Shown piece after piece: positions 49,315 through 61,925 of a stretch of 64,000 bases of DNA (within the stretch, counting starts at the first letter, position 1; the number at the start of each line of letters is the position of its first letter). The notes under the pieces are model-generated. The model was not told where the DNA came from. It made no database searches and was given only the letters and a program-made list of their open reading frames with translations. Source of the DNA: the human T2T-CHM13v2.0 reference genome, Homo sapiens; the NCBI RefSeq assembly GCF_009914755.1, contig NC_060928.1; one strand, given 5' to 3'. The position numbers and the translations under genes are program-made.

Positions 49315-50159
49315 GTAGAAGTACCATTACCCTATTTTATATATGGATAAAGACTTAAAAACCAAATTAAGACAGGGACAGTGAAACCTAAATTCCCCCA
49401 GTGAATCTCAGATGAAGGCTCAGTCCAACCACTTCCTGAGCTAATGCTAGTAAAGGCAAGTAAAGTAATGGCAGACTGTGACAATTTGCCTTGAGGACTG
49501 GTACCCCATACACTCTGAGAGCCTCTGAGAAGCATTTACCCCACTCTGTTAGTCAGATCACAACCCCCAGACTTCGGTTAGAGGTCCTGATTACTTTCTT
49601 GCCTCTTCATGGGACAGGAGTTTGACTCTAAAGTACAATTTGTTTGTTAGAGATTCTAGAAAGCTAAATACTTTTTCTAGTACACTGCCCCTTTCTGATC
49701 CTATTCTCTTTCTGGTGAGCTTCGAGTGTGCTAAAACCTGTATGAAAATTGCAAAATTATACAATATAATTAACATTCCCCAACAGTGCTTATATAGAAC
49801 ATTTGTAGGCCATGTAATGTTAAAAGGCATTACATAAGAAAAGTATTCTGAGGTCAAATGAGTTTGAAAATTTCTCAGTATTTAAGGGTGGTGTTTTTTA
49901 TGGGAGGTCTTAGGGCTATAAACATGCTGATACACTATTCACTCCACAGCAGGTGTGCAATCACCCAACTTGGCAAGATAATTTCATTATGGAAACATTT
50001 ATTTTAATAGAAAACTTCTTAATATCTTACACTGCATTCACGTTCCCTGAAAAAATTGGGGGTAAATATTGCTGTGGTTGACATTGCACAAATAATGTGA
50101 TCAGCCCTAAATTTGCAGCACAAGCCTAGTTGAGTGATTTTGAACAGATTGTGGATTTT

Positions 50160-50304
50160 TCTTTACTTTACTTTTCTTCTTAAATAGAGATGGGGTATCT
50201 CACCATATTGCCCAGGCTGATCTCAAACACATGGCTCAAGTGATCCATCCCCTGAGGCCTCCCAAAGTGCTGGGATTACAGGCATGGGCCACTGCACCCA
50301 GCCC
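50160..50304 (-). mobile_element. FLAM-C/Alu left monomer
   Basis: Single reverse monomer with TSD AGA(T/C)TGTGG(A/T)TTTTT. Confidence 0.85.
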
Positions 50305-50683
50305 AGACTGTGGTTTTTTGAGACTTAACTTTAGTGTATCTAAAATGGACGTACTATGTAAGATTATCCCGAAAGTCCCATGAGAGGATAAAAAGGCCCG
50401 TTACAGATTTGGCACATAGAAAATGAAAAGGTACGTTTCTTTTTTAAAATTTGTGGTTGAAGTTTTGGGGAAATTTTGATAGTATTGTTGCTAAGAACCC
50501 AATGATGGTCATATCCTAACCAATAATGACTCTTACCCAGCTTTTTTTCTAAGAGAATTGGTATTAAGAAAAAACAAAACAAAACAAAACAGAGTGAGTT
50601 TCAAAGGATGACATTTTCCAACCGTGGCAAGCACTGAATATTTCAAAGCAGAGTTCTGGAAACAGACTATCTGGAGTGAAAGG

Positions 50684-52971
50684 TGATATGGTTTGTCCCT
50701 GTGCCCCCACCCAAATATCATCTTGAATTGTAATCCCCATAATCCACACGTGTTGAGGACAGGACCTGTTGGGAGGTGATGGGATTACGGGATGGTTTCC
50801 CTCATGCTGATCTTGTGATGGTGAGTGAGTTCTCATGAGATCTGATGGTTTTATCAAGGGCTTTTCCCCTTTTTCCTTGGCACTTCTTGCTGCTGCCAAG
50901 TGAAGAAAGACGTTTGCTTCCCCTTCTGCCATGACTGTAAATTTCCTGAGGCCACCCCAGCCATGCTGAACTCTGAGTCAATTAAACCTCTTTCCTCTAT
51001 AAATTAGCCAGTCTTGGGAAGTCTTTATAGCAGGATGACAATGGACTAAAATGGCAAATTGGTACTGGGAGTGGGCTGCTGCTATAAATATACCCAAAAA
51101 TTTGGAAGCAACTGTGGAACTGGGTAACAGACAGAGGTTGAAACAGGTTGGAGGGCTCAGAAGAAGACAGGAAGATGTGGGAAGGTTTGGAACTTCCTAG
51201 AGACTTGTTGAATAGTTTTGACCAAAATGCTGATAATGATGTGGACAATAAAGTCCAGGCTCAGGTGGTCTCAGATGGAGATGAGGAAATTCTTGGGAAC
51301 TAGAGAAAAGGTCACTCTTGCTATGCTTTAGCAAAAAGACTGGCAGCATTTTGCCCCTTCCCTAGAGATCTGTGGAACTTTGAACTTGAGAGAAATGATT
51401 TGAAATTGGAATTTATGTTTAAAAGGGAAGCAGAGCATAAAAGTTTGGAAAATTTGCAGCCTGATGATTTAGTTAAAAAGAAAACCCCATTTGCTGGAGA
51501 AAAACTCAAGCCAGCTATAGAAATTTGCATAAGTAATAGGGAGCCAAGTGTTAATCTCCAAGACAATGGGAAAATTGTCTCTAGGATATGACAGACATCT
51601 ACACGGCACCCACTCTAATCACCGTTCCAGAGGCCTAGGAGGAAAAAAAATGGTTTCATGGGCCGAATCCAAGGCCTTGCTGCTTTGTGCAGTCTCAGGA
51701 CTTGGTACCCTGCATCCCAGTCACAGCTAAAAGGGACCAACATACAGTTCAGGCAGTTGCTTCAGAGGATGCAAGCCCCAAGTCTTAGTGGCTTTTACAT
51801 GGGTTGGACCTACAGGTGCACAGAAGTAAAAAATTGAGGTTTGAGAACCTCCACCTAGACTTCACAGGATGTATGGAAACACTAGGATGTTCAGGCAGAA
51901 GTTTGCTGCTGGGGTGGAGCCCTCATGGAGAACTTCCACTAGGGGAGTTCAGAAGGGAAATGTGGTGTTGCAGTACCCACACAGAGTCCCCACTGGGGCA
52001 CTGCCTAGTGAAACTGTGAGAAGAAGGCCATTGTACTCCAGACTCCAGAATGGTAGAACCACTGACAGCTTGCACCATGTGCCTGGAAAGTCACAGACAC
52101 TCAATGCCAGCCTATGAAAGCTGCTGGGAGGGGGACTGTACCCTGCAAAGTCACAGGGCTGCAGCTGTCCAAGGGTGTGGGAGCCTACCTCTTGCATCAT
52201 TGTGACCTGGAAGTGAGACATGGAGTCAAAAGAGATTATTTTGGAGCTTTAAGATTTAACGACTACCCCACCTGGTTTCGGACTTGCCCCATCTGGTTTC
52301 AGAATTGCATGGGGCCCATAGCCCCTTTGTTTTGGCCAATTTCTTCCATTTGGAATGGGAACATTTACCCAATTCCTGTACCCCATTGTGTCTTGGAAGT
52401 AGCCAACTTGCTTTTGATTTTACAGACTCATAGGCAGAAGGGGTTTGCCTTGTCTCAGATGAGACTCTGGACTTTGGACTTTTGAGTTAATGCTGGAATG
52501 AATTAAGACTTTGGGGGACTGCTAGTAAGGCATGATTGGTTTTGAAATGTGAACAGACATGAGATTTTGGAGAGGACAGGGGCAGAATGATATGGTTTGG
52601 CTCTGTGTCCCTACCCAACTGTCATCTTGAATTGTGATCCTCATAATCCCCATGTGTTGAAGGCAGGACCTGATAGGAGGTGATTGGTTCAAAGTGGCAG
52701 TTTACCCCATGTTGTTCTCATGATAGTGAGTGAGTTCTCATGAGATCTGATGGTTCTATAGGGGGTTCTTCCCCATTCACTTGTTCACTCTCTTTTCTGC
52801 CACTTCTTGCATGTAAGTCACGCTTTCATTCTCTCTTGCCTTCTGCTGTGATTGTAAGTTTCCTGCAGCCTGCCCAGCCATGCAGAGCTGTGAGTCAATT
52901 AAACCTCTTTTCTTTATAAATTACCCAGTATCAGATATGTCTTTATAGCAGTATGACAATGGAGTAATTCA
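50684..52971 (+). mobile_element. Full-length THE1 (THE1C/D): LTR 50684-51053, internal 51054-52587, LTR 52588-52971
   Basis: Two LTRs (TGATATGGTTTG...), MaLR-internal ORF remnants (HRVPTGALPSE), polypurine tract, TSD AAAGG/AATGG. Confidence 0.92.
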
Positions 52972-53099
52972 AATGGCTTAGTTATAAAGATATAATTTGT
53001 TTCCCTACCTATTAAAGATCCTCATTCACATACCTCAGAGAAATCTTGAAGCCAGCCAAGCCAATAATAGTGGAAGAGAAAGAGTAAGAGATAAAGAGA

Positions 53100-54160
53100 G
53101 GCCAAAATCCTCAATCTGATTCTACCTTCCCATTACTACAATAAAAACTGGAGAAACAGAAAATGGTTGTAAAGAAACTTCTACTTTGTCAATGAATTTT
53201 TTATCACACCAGCTACCATCCCCAGCATGGTGGCTGAAATCCACTCAAAATGAGGAAAAAGGCAAAAGGAGCAACAAAGGCAGATAGGATTTGAATGTCC
53301 AAGACCCTAAAGTGAAGTGAAACATACTGAGGTGGGCCCCTCATTGTATACACCTTTCCCTCAGAGAAATTTTCTGCTTCTTAAGCTGTAGAATAATAGA
53401 TCTACCAGAAAGTAGTGGCTCCACTGTAAACGTGTTAGACATGGTGCTAGAGAGGCAAGATCTTGACTTCTTGGCTACCAAGATGAACAAACTTTGAAAG
53501 GCCAAGATTTCAGAGAAAACAAGAGAGATGAGCCCACATTCTGGCATTGTTTATACCCTCAGGGCATTTTCCTGTTTTTGAGTGGAGTTAGGTAAGAAAT
53601 GAAGAAGTCAAAACGGCAGAAATTGGCAGTCATATATTATAAACCGATCAGAACTCTAAGTAGTACATAGGACTATGCCAGATAGGACCATGTTGTAAGC
53701 CCCAAAGTTTTAGTTGAGGCAACTGAAATAGACCAGGCTTTCTCAATACTAAAATCTATCCCAAAAATGATCTCAGTCTCCCATTGAGCCAAGGTGATAT
53801 ATCCTGTAGTCTCACTCTATGTTAGAAGAAGATAAGTCCTCTACAGATAAAGACATCATCTTTAGTCTCTAACAATTTTTATTTCTGATATCAAGATGGA
53901 AGTGAATTTTATCAATTCAATAAAATCAATGGGTGTGACAAGAGACAAGATAAAATAGAAAACAAACAAATAATTATTCAGTGGAAAACAAACAAAAAAC
54001 AATATGAAAAATCCACTGGAGACCCAGGTATTGAAGATATTAGGCACGGGCTTTAAAATCACTGTAAGTAATATGTTCAGGAAAATATGTTTAAAATAGA
54101 GCATTTTACAAAACAACTAAACTCTAATAAGAAAAAGAATAAAAAGAAAAAAGAGAGATA
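53100..54160 (+). mobile_element. Ancient L1 (L1ME-type) 5' region/ORF1 start remnant
   Basis: GACCCAGGTATTGAAGATATTAGGCACGGGCTTTAAAATCACTG...AATATGTTCAGGAAAAT resembles old L1 ORF1 starts. Left boundary uncertain. Confidence 0.45.
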
Positions 54161-54273
54161 TAGAAAGAGAAGAAAGATATGGAGGATTTGTCTGTCCATG
54201 TACTCTTCCAGTATTCTGCCTACCACCTGATGGGAGGAGAAACACAATAAAGCAGATAATAGAGAAGTATTAA

Positions 54274-54404
54274 CCCATTTATGCCTGAGAATGCAATTTT
54301 TTGAATTTTTGCAATCAGACCTTGGTGATGACCTTGAGCAGTAAGATGTAAATAACTCCCACATGCTTAGTGTTCCAATAATGGAACACTAGGCATTAAA
54401 AGTG
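54274..54404. mobile_element. MER85 (non-autonomous piggyBac/PGBD3 family)
   Basis: TTAA|CCCATTTATGCCTGAG...GCAATCAGACCTTGG...CTCCCACATGCTTAGTGTTCCAATAATGGAACACTAGGCATTAAAAGTG|TTAA, with TTAA target duplication. Confidence 0.92.
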
Positions 54405-54451
54405 TTAATATTTCTGCCCTACAGCAAACATGCCCTAAATAATGTTCTTCT

Positions 54452-54470
54452 CTTCCACTAGGTGGCAGTG
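54452..54470 (+). promoter_or_regulatory. Candidate CTCF binding site
   Basis: CCACTAGGTGGCAG (54455-54468) matches the CTCF core consensus CCASYAGRKGGCRS. Occupancy cannot be seen from sequence. Confidence 0.55.
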
Positions 54471-56091
54471 AAGGATGGAAGCCGTGAGCTTGGGGTGGGA
54501 AGTAGGGCAGTGTACACTCACCTAGTCTCACGCTGTTTCCACACACAGCTTCATTTTTAAACTTTTGTTTCCTTTTCAAGTTGCACACTTTAATTTTTAT
54601 CATAGGATGGAAAATATTACTGCCAAGTTCCATTACCTGTATCAGGCCACCCCTAGATTTGAGTGTGCTGGGTGTTATGGACTTCCATGGGCCCTCTTGA
54701 TGGCCAGCCCCCAACCCTCCATCACTTCTCACCGCCCTGCCCCATACTGCTTTCACTTCCTTCCACATCCCTCATATATGATCTGTTGGTGGAAAGGTAA
54801 ATTATTACAGCCGTTGTAGAAAACAAATGAGGACTCGTAGTTCTCAGGAAGTTCGAGCAGCTTTCCCAGGTTCCCGCCACTAGGAAACCTGGGGACAATG
54901 AAGGAAGTGGCCAGAAAAGACAGGGGTCTGAAGGCAGTGCCAGCTCACACTGCATCTTATGTCCACATCTTTTTGGCCAAGAGAATAACACAAACGAACA
55001 AATGCAGTTCTGAGGCTCATGCTCTGAGGCAGAGAATGGAGAATTATTGAATTCAAGCTCATGGCCTTCAAGTAGAAAATCTGAACCATATTTCATATTC
55101 GAAGGAGACATTTCTCTACTTGGAAATTTAAGCCTCCCAGGAAATCAATCAGAAAGCTGAAAGGTCCTTTCTGAAGGTAACGTGCTCCACAGGAGTCATG
55201 AGAAAGGTAATGGCTTCGCGAATTAACGTCATACATAAAAATTCAGCTAACACACACGGAGGAGGTGAGGATAATTCTCTAAAATAGGTAACATATATGA
55301 TGCAAAAGAAGATTAAGGGAGGACTGTAGTTTCTATTGCTCTAAAAGATTTTTTAAACAATCAGAACAGCATGGAACTAAGAAGAGAAAAATCACACCAG
55401 ACATCGTTCTGAAACATTATCTCTGTGGGACAGAGAAATTAACATCATGAAGTGCACAGGGGAAAATGAATTGGATGTACGTGTTCTCCAACTACACCAA
55501 TGTGATCTCAGTTATCCACAGGATAAATTCTTATATAGAAATAACTCAGGAATAGAGACGTCAGTGGAGCTATTATGTAAGATGATTTTGCAAAAAACTG
55601 AACAGTGTTCCACTAATTGTCCAAGCTATTTTTAACAGTTTTATTTTTCACTTGAGAAAAATAATTGTAGTGATTGATTTTTTTATCTCAGAATCTAATT
55701 CCAATTTTATATTAGTGGATCTCCAATTGTGTGTGATATTAGAGGTTTGCAGTATGCAGCCTCCAGATATGGACACAGAAGGGGCATTATCCTTACTCTT
55801 TAAGGCTCTTAACAGCCAGCCAGGGACAGATACCCTGGCTTCATTCAATCACTGTTCCTATCTGGAACTTTAGTCTTTGAGTCAGTGGTGCAAAGATGTG
55901 AGATTCATAGGAAATGATTAGAGAAATGTCCATTTTCTTTTTCCAGCATTGGTGTTCACTCACTGCAGAAATATGCATGGCAAGAGTATCATTCTTGTTA
56001 GAATTTTCTGGCTAAAGATAGTTAGCTGTTGCATTTCCTGCATCTTGGCTCTGTGTAGCTGATTTTTGTCTCTCTTAGCCTCCAAGACCAT

Positions 56092-56394
56092 TATTTATTA
56101 TTATTATTATTTGAGACAAGATCTCACTCTGTCACCTAAGCTGGAGTGCTGTGGCATGAACATGGCTCACTGCAGCCTAGACTTCCTGGGATCAAGTGAT
56201 CTGCCTGCCTCAGTCTCTTGAGTAGCTGGAACTATAGGTGCACATCACCACACTCGACTAATTTTTAAATTTGTCTGTAGAGATGAGCTCTTATTCTGTT
56301 GCCCAGGCTGATCTAAACCTCCTGGGCTCAAGTGATCCTCCTGCTTGGCCTCCCAAAGTGCTGGGATTACAAGCATGAGCCACCACACCTGGCC
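56092..56394 (-). mobile_element. AluJ with an (ATT)n tail
   Basis: CATGGCTCACTGCAGCC and TGGGCTCAAGTGATCCTCC J diagnostics, TSD AA(G/C)ACCATT. Confidence 0.9.
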
Positions 56395-56479
56395 AACACC
56401 ATTCTTCCAGCTCTGAGCCAATTCATAGTTTGGATTAAGGATGCCAGATTTTATCTCTCTTTCATTCTCAAGTCATAAG

Positions 56480-57380
56480 TGACACAGAAATAAACATACA
56501 TGGTACAAAATTTAATCTGTATGAAAGGGTAAACAGTGACATTTTAACACTTGTTTTCTCCCATTGCTAAATTACTAGTTTCTTTAGCCAGGAACAAAAC
56601 GGTTAGTACTTATATCTAATAAATATTTGCTTCTTTTGCTTTTGATTTTGATAATCCTTTGTTGCTGCAACAATGGTATACCTTGTGGTGCACATGGAGA
56701 GTACAACTAAAAGAAAAATTTCAAGAAATGATCTTTTTGGAGAAAAGATTCTATACATTTTAAGTTTTGATAGAACATTTGAAAAAAAATTGGTGTTTTG
56801 ATAAATATTACCAAAAAATGCGATGGCATCAATTTACTTTTCTCCAAAAATGTATGAGAATGCATACTTCCTTTCATCATCGACAATATTATGTGATATT
56901 GAACGCATTACTTGTGTTATTACCTATAAGTTTGTGTATACCCTTATTATTTTAATTCAATTTTTATTTGCTTCACTTTTGTTTTACTTTTACTTGACCT
57001 TTTAATGAATAAATTGGAGTATATTTTATTCATTAAAAGATCAAGTAAAAGTAAAGTAAAACAATAAAATAAAATAATAATGGTCTACACAAACGTATAG
57101 GTAATAACGCAAGTAATAGTTTCAATATCACAAAATATTGTCGATGATGAAAGGGAGTATGCATTCTCATACATTTATTAATTGATGTAAGTTTTTTATG
57201 TGCTAAGAAATTTGTCTTAATGGATGTTCTAAATATGGTAACAAATTCAAATTGTTAGTTGTGTTTTGACTTTAATTTTATAATCTATTTCTGTTCTATA
57301 AGACAATGAATTTTAAAATGTCTCTGGTTATTATATAAAAATATTTCCTTATTTTTATTCCTAAAATTATATTTTAAAAT
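56480..57380 (-). mobile_element. Highly diverged L1ME-type 3' region
   Basis: CAATTTACTTTTCTCCAAAAATGTATGAGAATGC resembles reverse L1 CAATTTACATTCCCACCAGCAATGTATGAG. Confidence 0.5.
56848..57176. repeat. Fold-back palindrome: arms 56848-57013 and 57025-57176, 11-nt loop
   Basis: The right arm is the reverse complement of the left (~10 mismatches in the outer 110 bp, 1-2 in the inner ~32 bp, one ~14-nt indel). Confidence 0.97.
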
Positions 57381-57399
57381 TTTTATATTGATTAATCCA

Positions 57400-57830
57400 G
57401 TCTGTATGTTTCCTTCGAAGAAGCATTCTAGCGGATTCTGGCCCAACTGCCAAATGATGGACAATATTTTTTTAGCTAATTATTTTTTGTGTGGCATCTT
57501 TAACTCACTTCGCCACCTGCTTGGTCAGCCAGAAGCACCACAGAATGTCTTTTGAGAATAGTCTTAAACCAAAGAATGAGAGCAGTGGGTATAAAAATAC
57601 AGAAGCCCTCTTATTCCTCCATTGTGGGAGGAAGGCAGTAACTCAAACTTGGTTGCACTACATAGTGTTTCAACGTTTCACAATGGAGTGAAGCTTCAAT
57701 TACCCCTTTGATTGTTTCTTTTTCCTTCTTCAGTTCACCTTCCCACCCTGCTACTAAGGTTTTCTTTACCTCATAACTAAACTAATTTCATTTGATTCTT
57801 TGTTTCAGGGTCTGTTAGACTCTATTAGTC
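57400..57830 (+). mobile_element. ERVL LTR (LTR16-like)
   Basis: GTGGGTATAAAAATAC TATA region and TTTGTTTCAGGGTCTG tail. Subfamily from memory. Confidence 0.45.
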
Positions 57831-58631
57831 AGCAGCCTACATTCCTGGCAGGGAGATTTTAGTGGCATGCAATACTATTCATTACTGTCATCCCCTTGAC
57901 TATTTTTTATTTTAGTTCTCTGCTTTCATTTATAATTTCATAATGTAATCTCATATTCTAAACAATTTATTGTTTATTTCATGTTTTTGAACTGCATATA
58001 AACGGAATCATACATTTTCTGGTTTATGCTCTTTATTGTTTACCATTGTGTTCTTCACATTGCATCAGTGTTATTGTGTGTAATGTAGATTACGTTTATT
58101 TCTCAGAAGATTCTGTTGAATAGATATATCAAGATTCACTTGTCCATAATTCTGTTGATGGGAATGTACGTTGTTTCTACTTTTTTAAATAATGCTTTTG
58201 ACCATTACAAACTGTGTTGCAAGGAATTTTTCACAAATGTTTTACAAAGTATCTAATAAACGTTTTATTGTATGTATATCTAAATGTTTATCTAGTGTAT
58301 TATCTCAGCCAGTGAAAGCTAGATTATGTTGCCATTCTGCTCATGTTCCATTGGCCAAAAGTAATCACATGGCCAATATCAAGATCAAAAGGGCAAGAAG
58401 TAATGTCCTTTTCCTGAAACCACTCAATTTTGCATTTTCCTGATTAATAAAGGGCTAGAGAATGTTCAATGTATTTAATACTTTTTTGCAATAATTCATA
58501 TAATTACCTTTTTCATTATGTGCTTTTATCACTCTTGCTCATTTTTCTTTTTTATGTTGTTGCCATTTTAATAGTTTTAATTTGTTAAAATTGCCAATTT
58601 TTGCTCACAACTGAATATTTTATGTGGTGAC

Positions 58632-58926
58632 TTTTTTTTTTTTTTTTTTGAGATGGAGTCTTGCTGTGTCTCCAGGCTGGAGTACAGTGGCACGATCTCA
58701 GCTCCCTGAAACCTCTGCCTCCCGGTTCAAGTGATTCTCCTGCCTCAGCCTCCCAAGTAGCTGGGATGACAGGCACACGCCACCACACCCAGCTAATTTT
58801 TGTATTTTTAGTGGAGACAGGGTTTCATCATGTTGGCCAGGCTGGTCTCAATCTCCTGACCTTGTGATCTGCCTGGTTGGCCTCCCAAAGTGCTGGGATT
58901 ACAGGCATAAGCCACTGCACCCGGCC
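58632..58926 (-). mobile_element. AluS (Sg-like)
   Basis: Full reverse dimer with poly(T). Confidence 0.93.
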
Positions 58927-60809
58927 CTTTTTATTGTTTCTAGGAGTATGGTTTTTGTTTTCTTGGTTTTTTTTTTTTTAATAATATCCTTAGATATGGC
59001 AAATAGCAATTCTTTATATAACAGAATATTTATTTATTTATTTATTTATTTATTTTGTGTGGCTCAATTCATCAATAATTCCCATTACTTCTGCTTCATA
59101 AGTGCAGTTTGACAAAAACTTTACCTTCTTCAAAAATTGCTAATATGATAAACTGATTATGTATCCTGAAGGATCATCTCAACAGAAAATAACTTATTCA
59201 AGAAAAAGAACTGTAATTTGTTAAAGGAACTCAACCACAACAAAATATGAAAAAAGCAAAAGCAAAAATGAGCTGAAACCATAATAAGAAAGGAGGATTC
59301 AGGTATTTCTGATGGTGAACGACAGTTGATGCTGCATTTAAAAAGCTAATTCCTGGGCCAGCTGCAAGATGGGTGAGGTGAAACTGAGATTCCTAAATTA
59401 AGCTAGGGGATCTCAAGGACAACTCCAATCATCCCAAGTTGGTTGAACCTCCTGACACTGGCAGAAACAAAGCTTCTCTGGAGAAAACATTCCAAATAAA
59501 AGCACATTAAGACTCTCATAGATTAAAATAAAGTACATTTGAGTTTGCAGTCAAATATCATCCAAGTGCATAATGTGAATTAGCTTGCAATCCATGAATA
59601 AGACAGCAAAAATAACAAGCCTCAGATTTAATTTTCTTTGGAATTTATCAAAATTGTCAGATTTAAAATAGAGAATAACCATGCAAGAAATAGTAAGTAA
59701 ATAAAATATGTAGTCACAAGAGATTAAAAAAAAAAAAAAAACAATCAGGACTTTCTCTTTTGGGTAGGAGGGAGTTCAAAACAGGATATGGTTATTCCTG
59801 TCTGGAATCAGCAAAATACAGAAAGACAACTAGAAAAGTAGAAAAAGGTATTCCTTTCTACAAAAACTAGTAAAATACAGAAAGTGTCTATTTGAAGGCA
59901 GCAGGAATCTTCTGGAATAGTGCGAACTGGGGAGACTAAGACTCAAGAGCGTGGGGAAGTCTTGAATAAGTGATTTGACTTGTACAGACATTCTGAAAAG
60001 CATCTCTTGAGGCTGAACTTGGAAAATAGCAAGAAAATCTTGGGTTTGCACTCACCAATGTTTACTTCTGGGTGACAGAAACACCAGCAGAGTATTTTAC
60101 TGGGACTTGGGAAGACTAAAAGACATGGCTGATTTCCTTGAGTAAAATTAGAGAATTCTAGAACTACACAAGATGACAGACTAAAGTTTTAAGCAGAAGG
60201 TTTGTAAATATCAAAGCAGAAATATTCAAAAAGATCTTAAGATTAGTATCTTCTAGAGTAGAAGTAAACCAGAAATAGAGTAACTCTTATTGGGCTTGAT
60301 TCAGCAAAGCCCCCAGTTGAATTGAGGTGACCAGTCCCAAATTTGTCTATTAAGCAGAGAAAAGGTTGCACATTTTTTGGAGAAAAATACAATTATAACC
60401 TAATGCTTACCTACAAAGGGAGAAAACAGGTGATGTAAACCATTAAGAGAATGTAATTCAGTTGTCCAGTTAAGTGGTCATAAGCATTCAATAAGAGAAT
60501 GAAAACATTTGAAGATAGCTTGTATTTTTATGACTTTTGTCTTATGGTTTCGGTTACTTTTGTGTTCATAGTTTTTGTACAGACAAGAAATTTCACTAGG
60601 CACAAAGCATTACAAAAATATAGTATCCCTCATTTATTGAGCATTTACCATGTGGGGTGATTTACAGTCATTAGATCTTTTAACCTTAACGAAATTCCCA
60701 TAAAAATAGATTTGCCCTCTACCTTTCCCCCATTTTGGTGATAGTGAGAGTGAAAAGTTGGGGAGAGTATAACTTTCCATGGATCTATCAAAAGATTTGA
60801 AACCAACAA

Positions 60810-60881
60810 TTTTTATTCAGCTTTTATTTTAGAATCAAGGGATACATATGCAGGTTTGTTACAAAGGTATATTGTGAGATG
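60810..60881 (-). mobile_element. Short L1PA15/16-like 3' end fragment
   Basis: TTTTATTTTAGAATCAAGGGATACATATGCAGGTTTGTTACAAAGGTATATTG. Confidence 0.7.
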
Positions 60882-61925
60882 TGGAGAAAATCAATATTTT
60901 TAAATCCAAAGTTGACACTAAGATGCTTCTCAGATAAGTAACACTAACACTGTGGCATCTGCATTTCTTTAAGGTATTACTCAGTAAAATATTTAAGAAA
61001 TACTTGCATCTTTAATTTTAATATGAATCAACCACATCGACTGCATTTCTTGTTTTGTTTTATTTTAATTAAATATAATGTATCTTACTAGGTGATCAAA
61101 TTACTAGAACACAGATTTGGGGATTCATGTTGCACTGCTATGCACAATTTAAAAATTATGGAATGCATTCTTTCTCATTATTCAGATAATACTGAAAGAA
61201 ATATAAACTTATGGAAGTAAGACTTCGCCAATTCACAAGGTCAGTCCTAGGCACTCATCACTTTAGTACATTAGCAAGAATGGAAGAATGTCTCTGAGAA
61301 TTTGGGCTCAAAACAGATCGGAAACTTCCTTATGGGAAAGAATGTGGTGTTGTGATACCAGGCTGTGGTTGTAATATAGAGCCATGGTCTAATGTAAACA
61401 GCTCCAAAGACTGGCTTATTGAACTATTTGAATATGACCATTTTTTGATTTACATATGCGTGGAAACGAACGAGTATGTCCAGGCAAAGTAACTGATATC
61501 AATTCATATATATACATACTTGTACAAACATCTATCCATACATACATGCACACATACACACATTTAACAGGAAAGCATTTTGAAATCAGTCATTTTGTTT
61601 AACATGGCAATGTAGCCTAATAATCTGGAGCTAAGTTTCTTGCCTGAGCATTTATTTTCACTGATATTAAGATGTAAGGCCGAAGTACATGATAACATAG
61701 ATATTTAATAACATTTATACAATTATCTCTGCTAGAAATGATGCTGATAAAATGGCAACCTGGTGGACTAGGCAAGGAGAGGGCGAGGGCCTGTGCAAGA
61801 AAAAATATATTAATCTTCCTGCACTATTAAGATATTTGAGATATCAAAGGAAGCTTCAGTAAGTCCTGTTATCACTGGGAATTTTCAGGTTATTTGGGAG
61901 ATATGGCAAAACAAAACTTGAGGCT

